Assembly (NCBI RefSeq): GCF_001194135.2
Contig: NC_069005.1
Span: 16,663,059-16,727,058, forward strand
DNA: 64,000 nt
Source of the DNA: Octopus bimaculoides
Lineage: Eukaryota
Direction of reading: 5' to 3'
Shown here: positions 14,198 to 28,428 of the stretch, piece after piece
How positions within the stretch are numbered: the first letter of the stretch is position 1
Layout of the letters: every line of letters starts with the position of its first letter
The notes under the pieces: model-generated
Told to the model about the DNA's origin: nothing
Databases searched by the model: none
The model's input: the letters and a program-made list of their open reading frames with translations, nothing else
Position numbers and translations under genes: made by a program

Positions 14198-17100
14198 TAT
14201 AGATGAGAGGCAGATATTCTCCATATAGAATACATTTTGTAGTGCTCAGGAGATTTAAACTTCATCAGATAGAGAAGTAAAGGTAAGGATAAGCAAGTTA
14301 GGCAAGTTGATATACAAAAAGTATTAAATACATTTAATACAAAAAATGTACATATGTTTACATATAAAAAGGTCCAACTTACACAATAGGAATTAAAGCG
14401 GTTGAATAAGGGTTTTACAATCTAACAGCTCTTTCTGCGGGGCTTAGTGGTCCAAAATAATGATTGTAAATTGATTCCATTATCAGATAATACCAGCCTC
14501 TGTATTCAGGGAAAAACTTTACATTTGAGGTGTTGGCAAAAAGGAGATTAAAGATGGAATGATTTTGTGGAGAACTAAGTGTATTATAAGGAAGAGTTGA
14601 GAGGTATTTTAGATAGAGTGGTGGGAGGAGAAAATAAATATCAAGGGATTATTAATGAGGTTAGTGATAGTAGTAGAGGTGGAATGTGGGAGGAAGAGGG
14701 AAGGATGGTTTAAGTAGTATGTTTGATTTCTCCATATCTTTCATTGAAAAGCCTTTGTGTTAGTTTGTATGAAGGCTATAGATTTAAAAGTTGAAATAGT
14801 GAAAATGGGAATGGCCATTATTTGAGGAAAATAAGTTGACTGGTTCAGTGGCTGAGGGAGCTTAGTAAGGTATGTAGAAAAGAATGTGAGATGGAGAGGG
14901 GATAGAGTGGGGGTGAGTTGTTAATGGGACAAAGGAATTGGGTTGGTATTGGAGGTGAGTGTTATGGTATGGAGAGGTGTATGAAATTGATTAGAGAGAT
15001 GTGAACAGGAAGGGGGTAGTGGTAGATTAGTTAGTTTTCAAATGAGTGGGATAGTGTTAAGTACTTTTTGAAAGTGGGAGAGACTGGGGAGGCTAACTAA
15101 GAGGGAAGTGGGAAGTAGTAGATTGGAAGAAATTGGAAATGTGTGTATGAGAAAGAATAAGAGTGGGGAGTAGAATTTTAGTAGTAGGTTGCTAGACTGA
15201 CTTTGTCTTAGTTTATTTTGCATATGGATACTTAAAATTATGGCATTGCATAGATTTAGCAAAGTGCATGAAATATGAGTAGTACCTGTGTTTACAAGAA
15301 TAAATTACATCAGAGAATCAATTATGTAATGAGGAGTTATAAAGGCAAAGAACGGCTAATGATTCTTTTAGATATAACCTACACTTGCCAATGTTTGCAT
15401 TGTTTGGGGGAGCTTCATTTACTATGGACCAGGATAGGGTGTATGGATTATTTTGAGATTTAAGGTTATGTATATAGACTGTTGAGGAGGTTAATAATTT
15501 AGAATTTGGATTGGAGAAAGAGTTCATGTGTGCACGGTAGTGGCGCTTGAAATCTACAGTGCTGCTGATGTATACCATTGCTTGGTGGAAGTGTGGTATT
15601 ATAACATGGCACTTGTAGATGACATTTTTGCGTAGACAAGAGGGCATAATTGAGAAACCCAACAATTGCAAGTTTTCCTACCTGTTCCATGGTTGGAGTT
15701 TACTGCTAATGAGGTTGAGCTCTGTTGTTTCATTGTTAGTGGAGGAAAACCTGAAGTGCAATCTGTATTTGTATTGGATTGGGAGGTGGTATTGCAACTA
15801 GTATTTGCTGTCGCATAGGTAGGATTGTGGGATGATGGCTTGGGTCTAGTATTATTTAATTGTTACTATTGGTGTTCTCTTCAGAATCACTGCTTTCAGT
15901 TTTGGATACAGAAATATCTGATTCATTTTCATATGTATGTGCTTTTCTAGTTCACTCATACATTTGTTTGATTTCTCCATATCTTTCATTGAAAAGCCTT
16001 CAAATTTAGAATCACTGCTTGACAGCATGAAATTGTTATCTAGTTTAAAAGTTGAAAAAAAATCACCAAAGAAAAAAATGTGGAAAAGAAATCTCCCAAA
16101 ATTTGCAGAGCTCAGATATCATGTCAAACAATGTCCGATAATGTAACTCAACTATTTACAAAGTGAAATCATGTGTTTTCATGAATGTACTAACAAGATG
16201 TGGCCATTTCAGCTGTTTTTCATTGCAGTTTACATCTGTTTTCTTGATATTTTGATGTGTAGTCATGGCCAGAATGTATGACTCACTGATTTATAACAAG
16301 AATTCATCCCAATGATGTTATTTTTAAACACTAGTTGATCGTTCAAATTTGTTTTCTTATCACATAGTGCTAACATGTTTTCTGCATGATTATTGAGCCC
16401 TGATTGACTGATCCAGCCTCTGATCGGTTGTCATTCTTGTTAATCATTTTCCTGTTGTAAAGAATACCTGGTTGAAGAATTTTGTCAGAAAGTCATGCTC
16501 AAATAAAGATTCCGTATAGAGAAGGATACAGCACTTGACAAATTGGTGAAAGATTGGAATTGGCACAGAACTGTTTCAAGGTCAATAAACAACTCAAGAT
16601 CTACTGGAAAATATGGATTTAACAAACCAATGGGTTGTTCAAAAACCACCACCAAGTGAATGGATGATGCTATCATTCTAGCCACCAAAAAGTCACCCAG
16701 AAAGCCTTCCGAAGCTATTCAAGCTGTTCTGCTAGAAGACAAAAGTTCAATAACCCACCTACTGGAACTAGCAAACATACACATCAAAATGCCAAGAAAA
16801 GAGATGTAAACCGCAAAGAAAAACACCTGATACAACCACATCATCATAGTTGCAATAAGAGTAATATAGCTAACACGGTAACAACATCAGAAAATCAAGT
16901 CAGAACTGCCATATATACAACTAAATATGATAAATGCTTATGCAGAGAAAAATCAAGATGCCTATTGATGAATCTCTGTATGAGTACAAATCTTGTATAT
17001 AAATGTATGGTACACACAAGGGGAGGACTGTATGTTGGGGCAACTGCTGATTCATTCAAGTTGTGGAGGAGGACAAACACACATACATGCAATGCAGGTA

Positions 17101-17902
17101 CAAATTCATTTTCTTTATTAATATCAAAACTGTTCTTGAAATCACTGGTTTTCCTTTCAGAAATCAGAATATCCAATATGTTTGCCCTATATTTTGCTGG
17201 ATTACGCCATGTCTTCTTTTGAAAATCCTTCACATTCAGATTTGCTACTTAACAATCTGATACCATATCAAATAATGTCAATTGTTTACAAAAAGAAATC
17301 ACATGCTTTCATGACTGTACTAATGAGATTTGCTGTGAAATTTTCATTTAAACATGAAAAGGTTTTCTCAGGCTGGTTGCCAAGTTGTGGAAGAGGACAA
17401 ACACACATACATGCTATGCATTTCTTTCAGTTTCTGTCTATCAAATCCACTCACAAATCTTTGATTGGCCTAGGGCTATAGTAGAAGACACTTGCCCAAA
17501 AGAATTCTCAGGTGGTTTTGGGCAAGCTGGTAACAAAAGGGATGTATGATAGAAAATTCAACAAAATAAGTATTCCATCTGGTGAGAGATAAATATTATT
17601 ATTTAAAGGTCACAATACATGTATTAAGGCGTTACTAATAGTTTCATATGTTGAGAGAACTCAAGCATATTCTTCAGGCTCAAACTACACATCATAACGA
17701 ACTAAAAAGTTGAATAAATAGAAGAAACACAACAAGTTTCTAGTTGCCTTCTCAGCTTCATCGCGTTTCTTCAATTTATGCAATTTTTTAATTTATGATA
17801 TGTGGTGTGCACTTGAAGAATATGTTTAGGTTCTCTCAACATATGAAATTATTAGTAGCACTTTAATTCATGTATTATGACCTTTAAATAATAATAATAA
17901 TA

Positions 17903-17933
<31 letters not shown>

Positions 17934-20900
17934 TTGTTTTCAGTATTTAAGGAAGCTGACAAATACAAACAAGAAATCATACTACCTAACAAATACGAAG
18001 AAGAAGAAGAAGAAACAACAAAAACTATAAAACAAATGAAATCCAAACTAAAACTAGAACAGCAACGGACCATGATAAAATGATAGCAAGAAAAGCCCCT
18101 ACATGGTAAATACTGGGCTAAACTAAATGCAAAAGAAATAGAGAAAAATCCCAGCAATGATTGAGAAGCTCAGGACTCAAAGCAGAGACTGAAGGATTTT
18201 TAATTGCTGCACAAGACCAAAGCCTCCCCACCAGAAATTACCAAAAACATATAATGAAAAGAAACNNNNNNNNNNNNNNNNNNNNNNNNNNNNNNNNNNN
18301 NNNNNNNNNNNNNNNNNNNNNNNNNNNNNNNNNNNNNNNNNNNNNNNNNNNNNNNNNNNNNNNNNNNNNNNNNNNNNNNNNNNNNNNNNNNNNNNNNNNN
18401 NNNNNNNNNNNNNNNNNNNNNNNNNNNNNNNNNNNNNNNNNNNNNNNNNNNNNNNNNNNNNNNNNNNNNNNNNNNNNNNNNNNNNNNNNNNNNNNNNNNN
18501 NNNNNNNNNNNNNNNNNNNNNNNNNNNNNNNNNNNNNNNNNNNNNNNNNNNNNNNNNNNNNNNNNNNNNNNNNNNNNNNNNNNNNNNNNNNNNNNNNNNN
18601 NNNNNNNNNNNNNNNNNNNNNNNNNNNNNNNNNNNNNNNNNNNNNNNNNNNNNNNNNNNNNNNNNNNNNNNNNNNNNNNNNNNNNNNNNNNNNNNNNNNN
18701 NNNNNNNNNNNNNNNNNNNNNNNNNNNNNNNNNNNNNNNNNNNNNNNNNNNNNNNNNNNNNNNNNNNNNNNNNNNNNNNNNNNNNNNNNNNNNNNNNNNN
18801 NNNNNNNNNNNNNNNNNNNNNNNNNNNNNNNNNNNNNNNNNNNNNNNNNNNNNNNNNNNNNNNNNNNNNNNNNNNNNNNNNNNNNNNNNNNNNNNNNNNN
18901 NNNNNNNNNNNNNNNNNNNNNNNNNNNNNNNNNNNNNNNNNNNNNNNNNNNNNNNNNNNNNNNNNNNNNNNNNNNNNNNNNNNNNNNNNNNNNNNNNNNN
19001 NNNNNNNNNNNNNNNNNNNNNNNNNNNNNNNNNNNNNNNNNNNNNNNNNNNNNNNNNNNNNNNNNNGGCACAGGAGTGACTGTGTGGTAAGAAGCTTGCT
19101 TCCCAACCACATGGTTCTGGGTTCAGTCTCACTGTGTGGCACTTTGGGCAAGTGTCTTCTACTATAGCCTCAGGCCAACCAAAGCCTTGTGAGTGGATGT
19201 GGTAGACGGAAACTGAAAGAAGCCTGTTGTATATATTCATATATATGTGTATGTATTTGTGTGTCTGTTTTTGTCTCCTTACCATTGCTTGACAACTAAT
19301 GTTGGTGTGTTTACATCCCTGTAACTTAGCGGTTCAGCAAAAGAGATAGGTAGAATAAGTACTAGGCTTACAAAGAATAAGCCCTGAGGTTGATTTGTTT
19401 GACTAAAAGGCATGGCTGCAGTCAAATGACAAACAAAATAATATATATATATACACATATTGTTACGAACGCCCGCGCGAAGCACCTCAACGAAGAGAAA
19501 ACTCTCGCGCACGAACGTCGACGCTCAGTGAGTCAGGATGTTCGACACTACTAAGCCCAGCCGGAGCACGTAACAATGACAATAGACAGGAAGAAATAAC
19601 ACTGACCATACGTTGCATAGTGAAACTAACTTTTTTTTTTTTACATCATAATACAAAACAACATTGCATAACAATAATTCAATAACATAGTACTTGCTTG
19701 TGAAATAACACATGTAACAATAGTTTCCAAGCATTTAACAAAGGTTTTCAATCATTACATAATCAAAAGTTTACAATCAAGGTTCGTGTCTCAAAAGTCA
19801 ATTAAAAGTTCTTTTTGCTTCTTTTGCTTTTCTTTTCTTTTAACAACATGTAACAACAAAGTTCTCTCTTTTCTTTTCAACCAGTTAACATCACAGTTAA
19901 CAAAGTTCTTTGCCTTTCTTTTCTCCACAAAAGCATATAACAACGCAAGTACACTTTCCTTAAAGAAATATACACAAACCTTCACTGCAAGAATTTCCTT
20001 TCTTTCAAATCTCCCACTACATTGACAAGAACTGACCAACGTAGTCTACTACAATCTTTTGCCTGCCACAACAGTTCCATCTCTCTGTCCCTCTCTCTCT
20101 CAGACTCTATCCATTTCGGTCACTGGTACCTTGTGTCAATAGCCTCTCTCTCTTAGTCTCTTTCTGTCAGACTTATCACCGACCGCTCTGTCCATCTTCA
20201 CTGGCTGACCGCTTGTCCATCGACTGCCATTCCATCTGGCTCCTCTACTGGCTGCTGGCCTTTACACCAAACTCGCGTTCTTCACCCAATGACTTTGTTT
20301 ACGCCAACTGCGTTTACACCAACTGCGATTCCCAAATCTATGCTCTCGTATTTATGACAAATACCGTACCCAACAGTCCTACGCTACCCCCTCCAAAGCT
20401 GGGTCAGTTTAGTACAGTTCCTAACTTGTTTTTCTAAACTTTTGATGACCAGAAAGGGTCAGAGATCACACTCCTACGCTATAAATAACCGTGTTTGTTG
20501 ACAGGACAAAGGAAATACTATTGTCCCGAACAACTAGCAAACGGTTTCAAACTCAGATCGGGGAATAGGGACATAACATTATTTTTGCTTATTGGCAGTC
20601 GCATCAATATTCATACGTACATTTATATGTTAATATATATTACTTTTTAAATATCAACATTCAACATTTCAGGAAACAAAACAAGCTGCTACCACAGGGA
20701 AGTTGGATAAGTTGAATTCTGTAAGTAATCTTTTAGTCATGTATTCTTTTACTAATTCCAGCTTGTAGATTCTGGTGATGCTGGGACACTATGGCAAAAA
20801 ATAAGTCTCTTAATGTGTTGTTCAAACCCAAGAAACTCATGCTCTATTGATTGATTTAACCATTTAATACATTTAAGCCTTTTAATACATAAGTTTTCTA

Positions 20901-23900
20901 TTTGTTTTCTTCAACACTAGTTAAAGTTTTAATATTTATAAATATAAATCCATGTTACAGGATTCATTTGGTATGGTAGTGGTTTTTATCATTGTATGGT
21001 CGCCATCATTATCAAAAGCATGATGCCTCTTCCCATTCACAGGTAGACAGAGAGAACTGGAATTAACTCCTACATCAGTTAGATGCGTCACAAACTAATA
21101 GCGGGTTGGGACTTTGAATATACTAGAAGTGTAGCAGTAGTTAGTAGGAAGAACATCTGTAAAGTGAAGTTTAGTCAATGTTAAGACTGTTTAGGTTCTG
21201 TTATGTAAAATAGAGGATCTTAGTGCCGGCGTCAGTTGTAAAGGTAGTATAGGTGTTAGTGTAAGTGTTGTTAGTTCTGTTGATTAGTATCCTTTACGAA
21301 GCATTTGTCATAAGTGTAATGGTACATTGTTACTGTGGGAGGTCTGTGGAGACTGGATAGAAATGATGTTGGTATGATCTTCTAGATGTGTTATGTTAAC
21401 CTGCATAAATGATGGAATAAGCTGGCAAGCAACTTGGCATTAAAGGTACGAGCAAATATGTGTAGTCGGAGATAACTGTAGGTTTGTGCATATGTGATGT
21501 GGATAGATGATGATGGTGGGTGGAAAAGTGTTGTTTGGTAAACAGTGGAAAGGAAGGTCAAAGAAGAGGGAAGATCTTGGGATGTTGATCCTTGTAGATA
21601 AGATGTGGGACTACAATCACATTACCCATGATGGCAGCATGGAATGTTAGATGTGAATATAATGATTGTGTGGCAAAGAATGTTGAATTAGAATGTGGGT
21701 ACTTTGTTAATATGTTGTTTAATCCCAGGTCATTTCTGATCCAGTGATCGTAGGATTCCCGTCTTTTATTCGGATGTAACACATCTAGAATTACATTATC
21801 TAATTCAGATTTCCAGCTACTAGAAATAGGAGTCAAACTTCCTTGTCTTTCCATTTGTAAGGCAAGGAGGTTGACTCCTATTTTTAGTAGATGAAACAAG
21901 GACATATACACTTCATCATTTACTAGTACAGAGTTGGACGCTATGGTTGAGTATTGTCAATTATATGGTACAGTGTAGTGCTGTTGTTGTTATTCAGCCC
22001 CAGGAGGGTCTCTGATTCTACTGACTTATGATCAAAGGTAATTCCTGTCATGTGATTTCATTGCTATTTCTACTAGTGAGGAAAACTATTTAGAGTTAGC
22101 AGGAAAATCATTTAGAGTTACTTCCCTACTTGTACTGTATCTTGTTTTATGTCTGCTACATCCTCATTCATCTAAATCCTCTTTTTTCAGGCTCACTACT
22201 CAACAGGAGCTGTAGCTGCTGCATTTACTTCAACAACATTGGATCCAAACACACAACACACACCAGGTATGTTATCATCATCATTGTTTTAACAGCTCAC
22301 TTTTTTCATGTTTGTATGAATCAGATGGAATTTATAAAAGCAGATTTTTTACAGCCGGATGCCTTTCCTGTTGCTAACACTTGTCTCAAAGAAGGATAAT
22401 ATGAAATTGTGACCATGTAAATATTAAAATGTAATTTTTTCTGTTTATGGGAAAGATGGAAAAGTAAGAGTGAATATTTATTTTATGAGTGCTGTGTATT
22501 AAGTCTATAAAATTGTGCATAAAGTAATCATTGTATTCCAGTTTCCTACACTTTCCAATCAATAGCAGATGAGCGACTACAGACACAACACAGGCTACAC
22601 TTTCAGGCTTTCTGGATAAAGTTTTCAGGAATAACCCAATAAGTTTACTATTAATTCCATGAAATATTCATGGGTCCTGCTAGTAACAGAATGAAGCTTC
22701 TTATGTTTCTCCTGGTTTCCAATGAGTTTTAGCATCCGGTTGTTAGATTTTTCAAGATATTTGGCCAGTCCAGTTGTGGTGGTTTTGTAAGGGATTTCAA
22801 ATTAGATCAAGCCTTGACTTCCTTGAGCTCTGAGAAAGTAAAGACGATCTGCATTTACCTTTGGGTGGTACAACTTATTGCAAGTCAGCAGCTTACATAT
22901 TTTCCTTATTTTGTGGATATTCCAGTTCAATACACTAAAACTATAAATAGAAACCAGAACTGCTCAGGAATTTATGGCTAACACCTTACGAGTGTTTTAG
23001 GACTACTTGAACTCTCCTGTAACATTCCTTCCTGGTTTTCTCTTTCATGCTTGCATGCTTAATGCCAGAGCCCTCATTTATTCCAAAGTATTTGTAAGTT
23101 TGTTCCTGCTCAAGTTCTTTTATAACTGTCAATATCTAACACCACTGAATGTAAGGTCTTCAATTTCCCTTTCTGTAAAGTAGCCTTGGCATATTTATCA
23201 AGACCAAGTTCCATCTCGATGTCATCACTGATACTTTTGCAGCATGTAGTCCATCAGGCTCATTATCGTTTTTGCTATAGTTTTAAGTCATCCATTTAAA
23301 ATATGATTTATTTTCTTGTCGCCAATTTTGTACCCTTACCCTGTTGTGTTAAGTTCACTTATAAGGAATATTAGGGCTATGCAAAAAATTAGAGGCGAAA
23401 GTGAGTTACCTTGGAAAATGCTGCATTTGATATCAATATTGTTTGTTATTACAACAAATTTGGAAACTTGGCAAAGTAGAAAGCCTCAGCAGCTCTTTTA
23501 ATATAATTAAACAAATGTTATTTCACTCCTTCTAACCAGTTTCAAGATAATGTTTTGTTAACAGTCCTTGTCTTCTTCATGACTGTGAGTATCAATGTCA
23601 CACACAACCTTTTTACTGTGTTACTCCGTATTTATTCTACAGCCTATAATGTTACACAGTTCAAAAATAGCATCTTCCTTTTTATACACGTGATTCAGCG
23701 TTTGCTTCAAAATTGTAAAATAAATTATTTTTGTATGAAAAATTGAATTACGCCTTCTAAATTTTCTTGGACTTTCACTTTCTTCACAGTGACATTCATT
23801 TAATCGTGAATTTTATAACATTTAGTACATGCTCCAAATAAATGTTGACATTCTGTACTTTCTTACATTGCTGGTACATACTACCTTTTGCTAAATTGGT

Positions 23901-26900
23901 AACTTTCCTTTTTTTTTTATAGCCTAACTATGCTACAGAAAGTATGTTTTGCACCTATATTAACTACATTTTGTTTCGCTTGAACTTCGTGTGCGTACAT
24001 TTTGCTGTTTTCAAATTCTATGAGTGTGTGTGTTTCTCCATTCATTACATCTGTAGTAAACTATAGTGAAGAACATTTTACCCTGTTTTAATGAGCCCAC
24101 ATCTAATGAAGTAGCCATCTTTATGGTTGGTGATCCCATTGAAAATCATGATATTCTCATTCGTGTTCAAGATAACCTTAAACGTGTTTCAGAGACTTAT
24201 CCCTCTTATGATGCTAGGTACACAAAGTATGATCAGACATGGAGTGGGATATGACACCTGGCCATCATGTCATATCCCACTCCATGTCTGATCATACTTT
24301 GTGCACCTACTCTTCTGCTTTCTGTGGAAGGAACATGCTCCACTGGTCAGGTGCTCCATTTGTTGTCAACATCCTGTGAGTGGAGGACTGGGCATGCCAT
24401 GGTTGATGATGCACTGATGCTGCAACATCTCCAGAGTTTCTTTGATGGTGAGCAAATGTGGTCTCTGTTTGTCAGACTTGCTTTTCTGCAGCTCATTTCT
24501 GTGAGCTGAAACCAAGGCACCCAGAGTGCCATCAGGTGCTCACAGTCCTCTGTCAGTCAAGCAGTGCAATCAGTGGAAGTTCTACTTTGGCATTCTATAG
24601 AGATTTTGTGGCAGACGAGAGCAACAATGTTCTTGGGGAGACTCTAGGTGTCAGTGAGAATCAACTGGCTGGTCTGTTCTGGAAAACTTTTGTGCCAGGG
24701 ACATGGATAATTTCTGGAAATCTCTGGCCTGAAAACAAAAGGGAAGGTGGACAAGGAAGTGCTACCTTCCAGCAAATTTGTGGAGTGGATAAATGTGGCA
24801 AGGATGGTCCAAATGAATAGGGCTTCTTCAAGCATGTACTTATAGATTGAAGGAAGAGGACAAGAAAAGGGCACTTGCCCTAGTGGTCAGGGCAATTGTG
24901 GTTTTACAGAGTTTCCACAAGCAGCCATAAGAAGTCACCCTCTTTTGGGGAATTAATCATTATTGGAATTTATATTTACTGTTATTCTTTTTTACACACT
25001 CCTTTATGTAATCTCACATTGTATTATCCTGTATTATTCCCAGTATTTTTGTGAACCCTTTAGTGGTTAATAAAGAAAACTAATTACATTTTGAGTTCAA
25101 ATTACACCAAAGTTGATTTTGCCTTTCACCCTTTCAAGGTCTTGAAATAAATACCAATCAAATACTGGAATTGATGAAATCAACTAGCCCCCTCCACGAA
25201 AATTTTAGGCCTTATGGCTTTAACTGAAAGGATTATTAAAAGTGGCAAACTGGCTTTAGGCAGCAAGCTGGTAGTACAAAATGTTTAGCTGCATTTCATC
25301 TATCTTTATTACAGTTAACATTCCACCAAGGTCAATTTACCCTTTCATCATTTCAGCTTCAATAAATTAAGTGCCATTTGAGTACTGAGGTCAATACAAT
25401 CAACTTAGCTTCCTCTCCCCATATAAACTTTCAGGCCTAGAGCCTATTGTAGAAAAGATTATTATTATTATTCAAGGTGGCGAGCCAGTAGATCGTTAGC
25501 ACGTGGGTAAAATGCTTAGTGGAATTTCATCCAGCTTATCATTCCTAGTTCAAATTCCTCCGAGGTTGACTTTGCCCTTCATCCTTTCAGGGTCAAAAGA
25601 AATAAGTACCAGTTGTTCACTGGGATCGACATAATCAACTTACCCCTACCCCCAAAGTTGCTGGTTTTGAACCTATCATTATTATTATTAGACAATAAAA
25701 AGAGTGTGATGCAATTTGTAATAGATTGTTGATTTAATGGTTTGAACAATAATTCAACAGATCGTTTTCAGGTTCAAAATGTAAGACAAATAAACAATCA
25801 TAGAAACACAGAAATTCAAAATGTAAATGAGGAAATCCTGCATTCCTATTTTGATAGAATGACATCATCAGTTTTCAGTTTTGTAACTGGTAAAAGGAAA
25901 AAGAGAGAAAGAAAGAAAAAAGAAAAGAAAAGGATATTTAGTTGAACAGTTTTGTGTAAATATGATGAAATTCACCTGTCATTTTATTCATTCTTCCAGG
26001 GCGTGATGTTAGTAATTCACAAATATATTTGTCCTCATGCATTTTGAGGAATGAAAGTGTAGTAGATTCAGAATATTTTCTGAGAATGTACACTTTCAGG
26101 TGTTCTTCAAAATTGCAGCTGTTTGATGTAAAATGTTCAGCAAGTTCTGTCAAACTACTGATATGCTTGAAGTCATACCTGTACCCATTGAATTTTTTGT
26201 TTAATTGTTCTGTTCTACAACCAACATAAATCAAGTTGTGTATGGTGCATTCTGCTGTGAACATCAAATGGAAATCTTTGCACGTCCCACTTTCCATATT
26301 AATCATAACATTTCTGTTATGATAATGGAATTGACTTGTGTTCAAAAAATTTCCTCCAATGTGCCCAATTTGCAGCAGATGTGAATGTTGTACAACCAAA
26401 GTTTCAGAATGGCTGGATGGCTTTCTACTCTCTGTAGCAAAAAGATCAAGTTCCTATATTTGGGACACTTTTGATTTTGTGTCCAAAATTAACAACTCTT
26501 GTAAGCACCGAAGTAGTGTCGAAAATTGTTGTTTTGGTAACAATGGATGTTTCTTCACTATATCCCAATATTGACAACAATGGCAGGGTGGAAGCATTCA
26601 TGAATGCCTTCAAAAAATGGTCAAACAAAAGTATTCCATCTAATTTTCTCTCAGTTATTGAAGTTTGTGTTACAAAGTAACACAATGAAGTTTGGGCAAA
26701 AATTTTACCACTAGTTGAGGGGTTGCACCATGGGTACCCCCATGGCTGTTGATTTCACTAATGTCTTCATGATGAAATTTGACACAGTTAATGAAAACAT
26801 TCAAATCCCTGCTTGTTCATGAACCAATGCTCTGGTTACGATTCATTGATAACATCTTGTTTGTCTGGGAAGGATCACAGAACAGTGTAATTAACTTATT

Positions 26901-28082
26901 ACATTTCTGTGAGTGTTATGCAAAAGCTGACCTTAAGTCCAATATAAAATTTACATCCAGTTTTTCGAAAGCTAGGATTGAGTTTTTGGACCTCCATCGC
27001 CAATCATCCACATCACTCCAATCATCCACATCACTTCAATCATCCACATTACTCCAATCATCCACATCATATAATTCGGTCAAATCTGAAATCCTAATTC
27101 TTGAGGATAAGATGGATTTGTACTGATATAAGGGACTACTGAAAACATGCAAATGCTTTTGTACAGCATTTTGTCAAAGGTGGTTACAGTGAATCACAAT
27201 TAAAGGAAATCACAAATGGCATAGCTGAAATTAGCAAGGAAAGTCAAACTTCCATGCATAATTTTAGCAACTAAAGTAAAATTTGTGATAGAACTTCTTT
27301 AGTGGTTAACTGGCACCAAAATTTTGCTGACATTTCAAAAGTACTGCCTGAATTTTACCAGCATATTGCAGAAAAATATCCTCATTTCAAACAAATATTC
27401 CCTCAGCTGCCTATTGTAGCCTTTAGACAGAATAAAAATATATAAGAGAAGCATTAACTACTACCACTAACTCCAAGAAAACTACCATTGGAGTTTCTGA
27501 ATGTTGCACCTTGAAAAACAGCCACAAGAGATATAATCCTTGTTCATTGTGCAACAACATGAGTCAAATCAATTCCCTCATGAATCATAACAGAAATATT
27601 ATGATTTATGTGGAAGGTGGGATTTGTAAAGATTCCATTTGATGTACACAGTAGAATGCACCAAACATAACTTGATTTATGTTGTACAACAGAACAATTA
27701 AACAAAAGATTCAATGGGCACAGGTATGACATCAGGCACAATAACAGTGGTCCAACAGAGTCTGCCTAACATTTTACATCCTCCTAAACTTTCAATGTGA
27801 ATTACTAACATCACACCCTGGAGAAATGAATAAAATGATAGGTGAATTTCATCACATTTACACAAAATTTCTTTCTTTTCCTTTCTATTTTCTTTCTTTT
27901 TCCTTTTTATCAGTTACAAAATTGAAAACTGATGATGTCATTCTATCAAAATAGGAAGGCAGGATATATTTTGAACCTGAAGAAGACAGATGATCTGTTC
28001 AAACTGTTAAATAAATACATCACATTTCACTCTTCTTATTGTTTAGTTATCGTTGTGAAGAGTTACGTCAATCTTTATGAAA

Positions 28083-28163
<81 letters not shown>

Positions 28164-28382
28164 CATTATTATAAAGGCTGCAAGCTAGCCAACTCATCAG
28201 TGCATCAAACAAAGTGCTTAGTGATAATCCTTCTGGTTCTTTACTTTTGAGTTCAAATTTCTCCAAAGTTGACTTTGTTTTTCATCCTCTCAGGGTCAAT
28301 AAAATTAATACCAGTAGAGCATTGGGATTAATGACTAGATCCCCTTCTCCTAAAATTCTAGACCTTGTGTCAAATGTGTAAC

Positions 28383-28428
<46 letters not shown>

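Noticed and set aside
17938-18265. Possible extra PPIL2 exon after ttttcag
   Set aside because: It contains stops and translates to R4/Dong retrotransposon protein; the PPIL2 frame is complete without it.
21100-21910. 117-aa minus-strand ORF and surrounding coding-like sequence
   Set aside because: No family motif could be assigned; probably an old retroelement remnant.
24304-24900. GC-richer segment with a 120-aa ORF (24458-24820)
   Set aside because: No recognisable motif in any frame; most likely an unidentified decayed repeat.
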